Source of the DNA: Cyanophora paradoxa CCMP329
Taxonomy: Eukaryota > Plantae > Glaucophyta
Direction: 5' to 3'
DNA: 64,000 nucleotides
Assembly: GCA_004431415.1 (NCBI GenBank)
Contig: QPMI01000545.1
Location: 1-64,000 of the forward strand
In this document: one piece after another, positions 50,601 to 63,028 of the stretch
Layout of the letters: each line of letters opens with the position of its first letter
Numbering within the stretch: the first letter of the stretch is position 1
Notes under the pieces: generated by a model
Database searches by the model: none
Seen by the model: only the letters and a program-made list of their open reading frames with translations
Told to the model about the DNA's origin: nothing
Translations under genes and position numbers: made by a program

Positions 50601-53600
50601 GTCGCCTCCCACATCGGCTCCATAGTCTTCAAAGGGTTCAATCTCGTCGACAATGCGCACATGGGCATGGAGGTGACCGGAATCCATCCCGGTGAGAATT
50701 CAAAGACCTCTTGATCATATATAACTCGGCCCCGTTTAAACCCGCCGCCGCTCACGTCGGTGTCAACGTCCAGGTCCCGGAGGTACGCAAGGCCGGAGAA
50801 ATCACACATTTTAATCAGTCGCACCTGCCTGTCGTGATCCTCGTATGTTTTGTCTCGTTGCAGGTTCGCTCGACGGCTGCACGGGCGGAACTTCTGGGTC
50901 GGGCGACACGCACGTACGTACCTGACGTCTGTTTCCACGCACAACTCCGTTTATCCACATAATCGAGCTCTTAGAGATCGCGCGAGAACATTTCAAGGAT
51001 CGATGACGCGCTGATCGTCGGACACACTGGATACAACATTCAACCCGTCGGGAGCAAGTTCACAATTCGTGGGGGCATCTGGCTTCCGAAGTCGTTCGGA
51101 TTCTCCGTCAACAATGTGGCATGTTCTTTCCAATTTTGTTCCAAAGCGACACAGAGCGGGACTCAATCCTCTCGCAGACTTTTGTTAATTTTGGCGCAAA
51201 CACGGGGGACAGCGCCATGGTGCATAGCTCAAAGGCAGTGTCTACGGAGGGAGCTTTCAACACTTGGACATCGAACCTGACCTTCATCAATGTGGCGAAA
51301 CGTGTCGAACACCCTTGGGAGCAAGCAGGTGCTTGATCGCAGATCACAAATGGTTCTGATTCGTTTTAGATTCTTCTGCCGACGAGCGACTCTTCGCAGG
51401 TGTCCTGACTGACTTGGACGGGACCCTTACTGGCCAGAAAGGGGCGCAAGTGTTGGCAGAGACAGCGCACAGCCGTGCTCTCAAGGCGGAATGCACCCCC
51501 TACAACCCTATTTTCTCCGGGACCGTCTGCAACGGGACTGCTTGGCGGCGTCTGTATCTAAACAACGAGTGCGTTGAACTTTGGGCCGATTGGTCTCGTC
51601 ATTTTAAGTTTTCTGTCCGCCTGAGCCACGCGTAGTCTACTCCTACCCGCCTCAATGGTCAAGAAAGCCCTGCTGGTGACCGATGTTGAGACGAATGCCA
51701 CCATCTCTGTACAAGAGTTCTTTTTAAATGAAAACGGCCACGTGTTCTTAGTCAAGGTTGGTCGGACATATTCACTTCAGGTTCGAACTTTTTCCCTTGG
51801 ATTTGGCGCCTCTGGTTTCGTTTCGCTCACTGGAGTCGGGGGACTCTAGCTGGATGTCAACAGTAAGGGACAACCCAGCGTGCCTGCAACCGTCGAGTGC
51901 GTCTCCGAATGACCTCAGAGAAGCTGACCAGGGCGCTGATCGTTCTTGTGGCGATGTTCGCGCAGCCCGACACGAATGATGCTGAGGGCAAATGGATGGC
52001 GGGCCGACGAGGTGGCCTACGTCCGGCTCGACTTTGCTAAATGGCGACATCACGTCCACATCACACCAAAACTCGTCGGCACTGAACAAGCGCAAGATCC
52101 CTACTTCGCTGTCAGTATGGACACAATCTACGGAAAGAATGCCACCACGGCCATGAGCAGCGTTGTCCTTGCCAACGGCACATGGGTGCTGGCTATGGGT
52201 GCGCATGTATCTGTTTTATATGAGATGAGTGACAGAACTCAATTGAAGAAACCCCGCAATCGTCTTCAGGTGTGTACAAGGACACTACTCCAACAGAGAT
52301 CAAGTGAGCTGCAGCTGCAGCCTTTCTCCACACTCATCGTGACACTAAGATTGCCATTAATAATGTCTTCCCGCCGCGCAGGGCTGTCGTTCATGGTGCC
52401 TTGATGCATCGACCATGACGTTCTCTGTCGTTACATGGCGGACGTTAAAACTGACGCCGTTCGCAGACTGTCCGGACACTGCCGGCGGATGCGATGACCT
52501 GCTGCCGAAATCGCCAATCGGTGATGCGAATAGGTGGTATCTTTGGAGTGACCCCGCGACATGGAACGGTACCGTCCCCAAGGATGGTGACGACGTTAAC
52601 ATTCCAAGCTGGCAGAGAGTACTGATCGTGCGCTCCCGATCCAGTTCAGCGCATGCCTCGCACATGTGTAATCAACATGATCCGCGCTATGCATCTGACT
52701 GTTTTATGCAGGACACGAAAACGGCGTCATTAAGACGTCTCAGAATTTACGGCCAACTTGCGTTCGCGGAGGACATTTCGAATATGACTCTTTCTCTTAC
52801 CGCCAATATAATTATAGTCAATGCGGGCGCCAATTTTACAATTGGCAACTCCACGAACCCCTTCAAGAACAAGGCCGAGATCGTTCTGACGGGCTCCCAA
52901 GCAACCGGTGAGTAACCACCTGCAATTGCAAGACCCTTATATAATTAGAGCTTACACTAATACGTATACGTTTATACATTCAGCCGCCGGTGCCGCGTGG
53001 TCGGTAAGAATTTGCATGTATTTACCTTGAATGTTCTGATGTGATCATGAAACTGACGCACACTCTCATGTTGTCGCAGCTCAACAACGACGTCTCCGTT
53101 CCTTCTAAAGTGCTCGCGGTATTCGGAAAGTTCGAAGCATACGGAGTCGCCCCGACGCGCTCCTGGACGGTGCGTTTACCGTTTTTTTCGTGCGACGTGC
53201 ATGCATGTGCATATGCCATCGATCGCGACGCGCGCGCACTGACCTGTGATAACGCTCCAGCGCCTCGCTCGGAACGGGAAGGTCGGAGACAGCTCGATCG
53301 TCATAGAGAGCGCCATCGCCAAGGTCAACGACACGATTGTCATTGCCCCGAGCGACTGGAGTTTCCGCGAAAGCCAGGAGTTCGTCGCGCTGGCGGTGTC
53401 CACTGCTGGAGACGGCGCGTCCACGCTCACGCTCAACAAGCCCCTCGCCCACCAAGTCTGGGGTACCAAATACGTCATCAACCGCAAGGACGGGACAGTC
53501 GAGGTCATTGACATGCGAAACGAGGTTCGTATCTCAGAAGATGTCCGATTCCAATTCGAGGTGTCGGAACGATCGCGAACACTTCCGCAGGTCGCAGTGC

Positions 53601-56600
53601 TGACGCGCAGCGTGGTCATCCGCGGGGCGAACCCCTCCCCTGTGAACCCCAAAGAAGAGCTCTTCGGCGCAGGCTTGCTCGTCGGGAAGATGAATCAGTT
53701 TTCAGACATGGGTCAGCTGTACCTTGACGGCATCGCCTTTCAGTACTTCGGGCAGAATCTCTATGACTCGTACGGCGTGTTCTTCGATAGAATGGGCAAG
53801 GTCGTCAAAGGAAGTGCCACCGTCCGCCGTTGCACATTCCGCGACGGATACACCCACGCCATCTATGTTCGCGCTACCTCAGGCGCGGTGGTTGAGGACA
53901 ATGTCGTTTTCAATGCGTGCGTTCCATTCCGGGTTTTTTAGAAAATGTTAAGCAACGCATGTAATGTGCGTTGCAGGCAAGGACCAAACCTTCTCGTCGA
54001 TGAAGTGTCCTTCGGCTTCACGCTGAACAACAATCTCATGATCGGCAGTCGGATTCTGGCGGGAGATGACCTCCTGCGGGCGTCCACTCTCCACATCATG
54101 GGCTCTCTCGCCGGCTCTACAGTTGTCGGCAACGTCGTCGCTGGATCCGAGCGCCGTGGATTGAACTACGTCGGCCAGCCGTGCTCAACGAGCGTCACCA
54201 ACCCGTCTCTGAGCGAGCACGGAGTTTTCGCAAACAACACCGTGCACTCTGCAATCATCGGTCTTGACCTGCTCAACGCCAAGACCTTTGGGCCTTGCGT
54301 GCTCGTCCAAGGCCTCACGATCTACAAAAACTTCCAATTCGTGCGCGGGGCTTTAATTCAATTTTGCGAAACACGAATTCTCCATGTGAAGTGCTGACCT
54401 CACATCTTCCGACCGCGGCAGGCAATTTACGCGGCCCTCGATCAAGGCCATGTTGTGATAGATCGTGTTCGTTTCGTGGATAATAAATTCGGGCCCATGC
54501 TCTTGGTGCGCTCTCGGTCTCGCGTTACGATTAGTATTACGTGCGAAATTACCTCTCACATTGATCTTTCCCGTTTTCAAGCAATCTGACGATGTCTATG
54601 CTGGTGCGCTTTGCATATGGTCTAAATGGAAAGTTGATTAATTTAGCATTGGCCGCTGAGCGCGAGTTGCAGAGGGGAAGGAAACACGGATTCGCAACTC
54701 AATCTTCGTTGGTGCGATCCTGCGCATTTAACGTTAACTAAGTGCCTTTCAGAGAATATACATTTTACATGTGCGTATATACAAACAAAAGCTAATGCAC
54801 AGCATGCGGGCACAGGCTTCTCCCCGCAACGGAACTGCACTACTGCGCCGCCTGCAGACTTACCTTCCGCGGATTGGTGGGGGCTTCGGACGACTGGGCT
54901 CATCACCCCCATGTTCCCTGGAGGGCTTAACGACAAAATGGAGAGCTGGCCGCAGGGAAGCATCAAGGCCCCAGCTATCTACACCGGTGCTTCGCGATCT
55001 AATACGTTCATGATCAGTTGTAATGCTTTCTTAACTTCCAAATTTATGTATCAGGCACGGTCTGGATTGATTCGGTCGGCTTCTTCAACTTCCCAGCAAA
55101 CGATACTTGCGGGTTCGTTGTTTGCTGCCCCTTAAAACAGAACAATGCTCGCGTAAAGTGTGCGCGCGTGCCTCCGCAGCACCCCAAGCGCCGCAATCGC
55201 TTCGCGAAACGTGCTCTCCAACGACCGCTGCCCTGCAATCACTTTCTCGAAGATTGAACTCGGCAACGTAAGCCGCGCTGCATTTGCCTGTAAGCCCCTT
55301 GATTGCATTCAGCTGTTATACTAGCTACGAGCTGTTTGTGCTGCTTTTTAAATTGCTTAATTTAATTGCAGATTTCACGGCGCCTGGCAAAGGCGACTTC
55401 GGGCCTGATGGCTGTCTTGACATGCACTGCGGTCCGAACTTTGCATGCGTCCCTTCTTTTTCGAAAGCGAAGTCCAACTCATGGCGGTTGTAGACGGCAT
55501 GGCACACTGCCTCTTCAAAGACGCCGACGGAACGCTGACGGGCGCAGCCGGTGGAACCGTCATTTCGGGCCACTCCTCATCGCAGTTCTTACCGTGGATG
55601 GAGGACGAGCTCGCAGCAGCCGCCGCGAAGAACATGTCAGCCTCCCTCTCGGTACGCGCGAATTCCAAGAGGCTAGTAAATGCTTTTCATCCAACGCAAG
55701 GCTTTGACTGGGGCTCTTTAGATGTCTTGGATGCGGCAAAACCCAATCCCGTCACTGCGCGGAATTCCGCGAGCTGGATGCGAGTTTATTGAAGAGTCGA
55801 GCTCCTACTGGTGCGGATCAAGCTCGCTGAACCACCAGATGATGCTTCTTCAGTCGCTGGACGACGACCGCTTGACTCGCCGGTGCGCTGCTGGCTTAGC
55901 TTCTCCATTAGTTTTCCTCTGTAGACGTTTGAGAGCTGGCGCGCAGCTTCGGGCCTATGGGCGTGTACGCCTCGGACAGTCTCGACGTAGTCGCCGGCTA
56001 CGCCGCTTTCGGCTGGTGCCGTGGATACGCCTGCGGAACGCGGCCCTCTGCCTACAATGCAATCGTTCCTGTGAATCAGCGCATTAACATGTGAGCCAAA
56101 GCATCTTTTTCAGCTCTGTCTGCTTGCAATTGCACGCATCGCGCTGACGCAAAGCCGTCGCCTTCGATTCATCCGCAGCACTTTTACGGTGCACACATTT
56201 GTGCAGCGTGCCACGGTGGAGGGTTGCTTTGACTAGCTCTTTAGATCTAATATAATTAATATAAAGCTGGCGCTTTGGGTAAAGAAAATAGCGGCTGACG
56301 TCGTTATTCGTTCCAGGGCACCATGCCGACTGATCTTCAAATACAAATCGAGACAGGGTCAAAAAACGATGCCAACCGTGCGCTTGTCACAATTGCAACT
56401 GATTATAAACCGAGCCGTTGCCTCATTCTTCTGACCGTCTGTACCTCGGTTGCTTCAGTACTCGCTATCTGGTACAGCAGGGCGAACCAGATCGACACGT
56501 TTGTGAACACGCCAGGCAGCAGCAAGCCGACGTTTATCCCGCCCAGCAACTCGACTCCGGCGATTTCAGACGGCATCGGCGCGAACTTCCTTGACGAGAG

Positions 56601-59165
56601 GGCGAAGACGATGTACGTTGTTATCACGGGGGGCAACATCAAGGTGGGCTCTCAAGCTCCGACCCGCACACGAGTTTCGGGCGTTGATCGTGAGACTCGC
56701 TATCTTGTGCAGGTTCTGTTGCGGCAGGTCCCCGTCATCAAGCTCTCCGTGAGCGTGGATATGAGCGTGGACGACTTCTTGAATAGCGACACAACGACCT
56801 TCGTCACCACCCTCGCCTCTATCCTTGGCATTGACCCCAAGCGCATCAAGTTCTCCAAGGCGGTCGCCGGAACCAACCGTCGGCATTTGCTTCAGGGCGA
56901 GAGCACGCAGCTTGAAATCACGATCTTGCCCGAGGTGCGCAATTAGTTTATATATATAATAATCTTATTAAACATGATTGTGCGAATTAAAATGCGGCAC
57001 ATGCGCAGGGCTACACAACAGAAATCACGCTGAAGAACACGACCTCTACCGCTTCAGAAACTGCTAACGCAACCGAATCCGGTTCCGCCACGACATCAAT
57101 GCGAACGTGCAACGCTACGGAAATCGCGACGGGCCTTGCTGGAAAGGAGTGCGCGTGGAAGGAGTGCAACTCGACCGACATCGCGAACGGCCTCGCCGGG
57201 AAGGAGTGCAAGCTGAAGGAGTGCACGGCGACGGAGGTCAGTCAGGGCCTTGCGGACAAGTCGTGCGAGATGAGAGAGTGCACGCCGGGCGACCTTCAAA
57301 ACGGCGCCCACGGAAGCGAATGCGAGACTGCCGACGAGAAGTTGTACAAGAAGCAAAAGGCTCTCGCGGACCTCGTTGCAAATAAGACGGCCGAGGGGAC
57401 GCTTGTAAAAGAGCTCGCAGCGGCGACGGTAAGGACGATGGGCCTTCGCTTTACTCATCTAGATCTGATCACGGGTTTGCCAGAACATAACTGTCGCTGG
57501 CTTGAGTGTCGAGGCTCCTCCCGAGCCGGCGCCGCCGGTTGAAGCTCCGACGATTATTCCGACGACTCCAAGCCCCACTCCGACGCAGACGCCGAGCCCG
57601 AGCCCGTCGCCCAGCCCCAGCGCTCTGCCAATCGAGACGCCGAGCCCGAGCCCGTCGCCCAGCCCGTCGCCGACGGAGACGCCGAGCCCGAGCCCGTCGC
57701 CCAGCCCGTCGCCGACAGAGACGCCGAGCCCGAGCCCGTCGCCCAGCCCCAGCGCTTTGCCGACAGAGACGCCGAGCCCGAGCCCGTCGCCCAGCCCCAG
57801 CGCTCTGCCGACGGAGACGCCGAGCCCGAGTCCGTCGCCCAGCCCCAGCGCTCTGCCAACCGAGACGCCGAGCCCGAGTCCGTCGCCCAGCCCCAGCGCT
57901 CTGCCAACCGAGACGCCGAGCCCGAGCCCGTCGCCGACGGAGACGCCGAGCCCGAGCCCGTCGCCCAGCCCCAGCGCTTCGCCAACCGAGACGCCGAGCC
58001 CGAGCCCGTCGCCCAGCCCGAGCCCGTCGCCGACGGAGACGCCGAGCCCGAGCCCGTCGCCTATGGTCAGCCCCAGCGAGCTAGCACTGCCAACGGAGGT
58101 GCCCATCCCAAGCCCGAGCTCTGCGCCGTCTGTGGTGGACAGCCCTCAGCCAACGCCAACGCCGTCCGCGGACGTTGCTGCGACACCGAGCCCGATAGCA
58201 ATCCCGAGCCCGAGCCCAAGCGCGGTCCCCTCCGAGCAAGTTAGCCTAACGCTGAGCCTCGAGGCGGGATCGCCAGCCCAGTGCCAAGGATTTTTGCAAC
58301 GGAACTCGGAAGAATCCGTCGCGGCCGACATCGCGCGATCGATCAATGCGAACAGCGACAGCGTCGAAGTGACAGGTGCTGCCAGTCGAATGAACCGTTT
58401 GACGAGCGCTAGCCTTCCGCTGAATTCGAGCTCCGCCCCGCGATCGCAGGAATGCGCTGCGGGACGCGCAGGCTCCGGCGGCGGCTCTCCCAGGCCACGC
58501 CCATCCTCATCGACCTCCTCCTCACCAGCTCGACGACGGGAACCGGGGGGAGCGCCAGCGGCTCGGCGTTTACCGCCCCGACTGCCCTCCTCGAGAACAT
58601 CCAGAAGCTCGTCGCGAGCAAGGGCCTCGCGATCGACGGTATGGTCGCCCAGTCCGTCACGAACGTCGTCGTGACCGGCTCGAGCTCCACGCCGCAAACG
58701 GTCACTTCTTCGACGGCACCGCCACCCGCGGCCGGCGGCTCGGCGCCCAATTCCGTCGGACTCATCGTCGGTGTGTGCGCGGGCGTCGGCGGAGCGGCCG
58801 TCATCGCCGTCGCTGCCTTTCTTTTCGTGAGCTCGAATCGGAAGCACCGGGCGATGTCTGTCTCTGCCCTCCCCCGGTCCTCGGCGCGGCACGATCGGAG
58901 TCACGTGCACGAAAATCGTGTGGAAGTGGCAGTTGTTCAACACGACGGCAGCGACTTCGACACGAGGCCGAGGCCGCGCGCTGTGACTGTGCACCAGCTG
59001 GAGCCAGCGTCAGACGCCCCGCGCCTCTCCGAATTCGAGGAAGGAAACCCGTCGGGATCGGTGGTGAAGAACACCGCCGAAGTGCACGCGCACCCGGCGA
59101 GCTCTCGCATGAAGCATCGCCGCGGGAGCGCAAAGCTCGACGATCCGATTCGCGTCATCGCGTAA
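38614..59165 (+). CDS. Fibrocystin-L/PKHD1L1-like giant single-pass membrane protein: signal peptide, many IPT/TIG repeats, PA14-like region, two G8 plus beta-helix modules, SEA-like region, Pro/Ser/Thr stalk, TM helix, cytoplasmic tail
   Basis: Signal [28 protein letters not shown] (PA14 start, ~41030). IPT repeats (e.g. [12 protein letters not shown]...[22 protein letters not shown]). G8-1 TTWGGFDIP...[11 protein letters not shown] (~47650). GRY|AIHFH and TEDGVE. G8-2 [21 protein letters not shown] (~52540). [27 protein letters not shown] (~58755-58830). TAA at 59163. Many dozens of exons, not all delimited. Confidence 0.9.
57099..57326 (+). repeat. Four coding 57-bp (19-aa) Cys-pair repeats
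   Basis: [19 protein letters not shown] / [19 protein letters not shown] / [19 protein letters not shown] / [15 protein letters not shown]. Confidence 0.8.
57560..58230 (+). repeat. Coding tandem repeat ([16 protein letters not shown])n, extensin/mucin-like stalk
   Basis: About 11 variable-length GAGACGCCGAGCCCGAGCCCGTCGCC units in frame within ORF 57502..58674. Confidence 0.9.
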
Positions 59166-59797
59166 AGCGATGAATGATATATATATCGCGATATCGATTG
59201 ATATCAGATCAACAGCCCTTATGTGCACGTGTGAGCAGCGTGCGCGTAGGCATATTCACGTCTGCTTATAATAATGCCCATGCAGCCACAGCGCTCTTAG
59301 TATAGCTCGCCCTTTTTTCGCGAATCGACTATGTTAATGTACTGAAGAATCAACGATAGACGCACTAATAGCTATAGGCCCACGCGCGTATATCTGTGAC
59401 GTATATGTGTACGCGCGCAGCAAGAACGTTTATCAGACCCTGCAGACTTTTTTATTTATGGTACAATTATCTTATGCTCTTCTAGCGATCAGTATAGTCG
59501 ATCGCGAGTGGCAATAAAATAATTTTTATGATTCTTCTTTTCATGAGTTGTATTATCTTTTGCGTCCGAATTCGAATACCCGAATGCAATCACGTTTTTG
59601 CAATCAGAAAGTAGATCTGCTGCGGCTCGCTATTCTCGCCACCGTGGCATGGGCAGCAGAGGCGCAGCTGACCCACAGCGATAATCATGATACCCACACT
59701 GCGCGTGCACGCGGCTCGAGTGTTTCAGGATCCAGAAGGAATATATTGTATTTTACAGGAGCAATGTCATGACAAGCGGCCGCGCGCGCGGGCCCGG

Positions 59798-62700
59798 CTA
59801 GACGCGGGCCTCCTCGATGATCTGGGGGCGCAGCACGGGCAGGGGCGGTGAGACGCGGGCAGGGGGCCTAGGGAGAAAGAGGTGCGGGCGCTCACGTCGC
59901 GCAGGTTCTCGCGGCTGTCCATCCACCTGCCGGCCCCGCCCCGCCCCGCGTCAGGCCGGCCGCTCGCTGGCTCAGCCAGCGAGCCCCCGATCCTCAAAAG
60001 GGCGCACGAGACAAAGGAGCACCGCCACCCCAGGGGCGCCTCCTCCCGCAGGTACGCCTGGGGGCGCGTCAGGCCTCGTCCGATCCGTTTCCATACGGCG
60101 CACTAAGATACACACAAGGCACACGGCTATTAGGGTTTCGCCCTCTTAAAATTTATCGAGGCACCTGGAAGCAGATAAGGTAGAGGTAACGCTCCAGGAA
60201 GTCCCGCGCCCGCTTCATCCCTGCCGGGGCGAACTCGTTTTTAAGATAGGGGGGGGGGCAGGTTCGGGGGGGGGGGGGGGGGGGGGGGTGTACGCCGCAC
60301 AGAAGTCGCGCTCCGCGGCGGTGTGCTTGTGCTCCGCGTCGGAGCGCGCCTTCCAGATCACGTCTGCGCGGCGCCGCCGGCCTCGGCTGGGGGCGGGGCG
60401 GCGCCCCGGGTCTCGAAGCGGCGGCACCTCGGATGTTCTGCTGGGCAGTCAGAGAAGAGCGGGGCGGGGCGGGGCGGGCGGGGCGGGGCGCCTGCATGCG
60501 GGAGCAGGCGTCGATGGCGGCGTCAAGCGCGTGCTGCGCCGCCTGCCCGTCCGGCAGCGCCGCCACCAGCCGCTCCACCGCCGGGTGCACCTGCCAGAAG
60601 TAAGAGGAGGAGGAAGAGGGGCGAGGAGGACGGGGGAGAGGGGCGCGCGTCGGCCTGGGTCTTGGCCCCCGAGTGGTGCGGGGCATGCATGCCCCGCGCG
60701 ACGAGCACCATCACCGTGACCACCATCGCTGCGCCCGAGGCGCGCGCGCTCGGCGGCTCCAGAGCGAGCAGGGCGCGCGGGGAGGCGTACCCGTCGTGGT
60801 CCGTCTGCAGGGGGGGAGAGCGCGGGGCTAAGGGCGGGCGTAGGGGGCGCGGGGCGGGGCGGGGCGGACCCGCGGCCCATCTGGCAGTTGAGGACGAAGG
60901 CGGTGCCCTCGGCGGGCGCCGCCCGCAGGATCCCGCACAGCTGGTCGAAGTCTTGCTCCTGCGCCCCGCCCCGCCCTCGGCCTCGGCCCCGCGCTCCCCA
61001 CCGCCACCACCCGCCCCTCACCTCCGGGGCGCGCTCGTCGGTGACGGGCACGCGCTCGAAGTGCAGCTGCGGCGTCCGCGCCATCTGCGCCTCGTACATC
61101 TGCAGGGGGGTACCGGCTCAGAGGCGGGGGGATGGAGATGCCAGGGGGGGTGCCCACTCGCCTCGCGGATCGTGTGGATGCCGTCCTGGCCCACTGAGGG
61201 GTACCGAGAGCGTGAGGAGGGGGACGGGGGGGGGGGAGAAAAGGCGCGGGGGGTACCGCACCGTGGACGTGGTGGGGCTCCTCGGGATCGACCTGCACCC
61301 GAGCGGGCGGGCCTCAGGGGGGGAGGAAGCGGAGGGGGGTACGTACCTCGGGGAAGACGGCGTGGAAGCAGACGGCGCGCCCGCCGTTCCGCGCCGCCTT
61401 GCTCAGCAGCTCCTCCTTGAGGGCCCGCTGGGGTCCGGCGCGGGGCCCGTGAGACCGCGCGGGGCGGGCCCGCGAGAGAGCGCGCCGGCCTCTGACTGAC
61501 CTCCTTGCGCTCAAGCTCGGGGGCGGTGATGCCCGTGTCGACGAGGTTCTCGATCACGTGGTCCGGGTTCCGCGGGGAGTAGACCAGGCCCTCGGGGCCC
61601 ACGCTGCGTGGGGGGGCGCGGCGGCCTCAGACGGCCGGCTCCTGGGAGGGGCGAAAGATACAGAGCTCCCAAGAGCACCAGAGGGCCGGCTCCTCGCGCA
61701 TGCTGACGCTGATGATGCGCTGCGGCGCGGCGATCAGGAAGAGGAAGGGGGGGACGGGGACGGGGACATGGGGGGGGGGGGGGGGGGGGAGGGAGGGGAG
61801 GGGAGGGGCGAGAGGGGGATGAAGTAGAGGGGGGTACCTTGGCGCCCTCGGAGAGGAGTCGCGTGACGACGCGCTCCAGGGCCGGCCGCGTCGGCTGCGC
61901 CATCCCGTACACTGCGCCGTCCGCAGCGGCCCGGTTCGAATCCCGCCGGAGACGGGGCGAGGGGGGAAGGAGGGGTAAGGGGGCACCGGGGAAGTGGTCC
62001 ACCTTGCCTGCGAAGGGCGAAAAAGATGAGGGGAGGAGAAGGGAGAGAGCGGGGCGGGTCGAGAAGGGTGGGGGGAGGAGGGCGAGGGGTAAGGGACGGG
62101 GCGGGGCGGGCGGGATCGAGGGGGGCTACGCACGCCAGTTGGGGACGCCGGCCTGCGGGTCAGATGAGCCGTCAGGTCAGAGGGAGACATGCAGGGCCCA
62201 GAGCTCATATGAGAGGCGCGGGCGCGCCTCGTCCTTGGTGCCGAGGACGTCGATGCCCTTGAACATGTCGAGCACGAAGTAGTGGCCCTTGACGCACGCG
62301 AGCTCGTTCAGCTCGTGCTGGTCCTGGATCCACACGTGGAAGGGCCGCGCGTCCGCCCCGTTGTGGTTCAGCTGCGCGGCCCCTCCCCGAGGGCCCGGAT
62401 CAGAAAGGGGACGGGACGGCCGGCGGCGGCGGCGGGGGCGGCGGGGGGATCCGGGGGCGGCGGACCGCCCGCTTGAACTTGGCCGCGGCGAGAGCGACGA
62501 CCTCGACGTCGCGCACGAAGCGCTTCTCGCCCTTCGCCCTGCGCCGCCGGTGCTCCCCGAAGCACGCGGCCAGCGGGCCTGCGGCGAGGGAGCGGGCAGA
62601 GCCGGCGTCAAACCGGCGCCGGCGACGAAAAGGACGCAAGGCGCTAGACTGGCGGCCCCAGCCGCGCTTGGACCTACTCACGGCAAGTGAGACAGTCCAG

Positions 62701-62813
62701 GCCAAGACGGCCGACGGGCGGCGACGGCTAACGCTTTCGAAACGGCGCAGAGAACGGTTTTAAGCCGTGCCGACAGACGCACCGTTCGACCAGCAGCTGA
62801 AGAGGCCTGGCAT
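59798..62813 (-). CDS. Paladin-like protein tyrosine / inositol phosphatase (PTP-like phytase fold), single catalytic module
   Basis: Spliced motifs AGVPNWR, VYGMAQPT, SMREEP, ERVPVTDERAPE|EQDFD, AFVLNCQMGRG|RTTT|AM (intact CX5R), AIDACSRMQ|NIR, LERYLYLICFQ|AYL, WMDSRENLRD|IIEEARV-TAG at 59798. Confidence 0.9.
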
Positions 62814-63028
62814 TGTCGGACGAGTTACCTTAAGCAGCGAGGTCCTTAAGTAACCCAGCTCAGAAGCCCTTCGATGTCGGCTCGCACGGCGACTACAGGA
62901 TGCAACGCCGGCGACGGTCAGAGCGGGGCGGCCAGCAGGCGTTGAACTCGCTCCCCCCCCCCCCCCCCCCCCCCCCCCTCGAGAATTTGATCCCGTCCCC
63001 CCTCTCTGGCCAAGCGGAAGCCGGCGAC

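Noticed and set aside
57560-58080. Regular repeat array as a possible CRISPR
   Set aside because: No unique spacers, unit lengths are multiples of 3 and encode TPSPSP, no cas genes, eukaryotic context.
38614-59165. Lower-GC block as a bacterial HGT island or contamination
   Set aside because: It is one gene with dozens of spliceosomal introns using the host's GTGCG...CAG signals.
13553-59165. Heliorhodopsin, CEP104 and fibrocystin-like genes as a ciliary photosensory cluster
   Set aside because: They are separated by unrelated genes, and proximity alone is not evidence without conserved synteny or co-expression.
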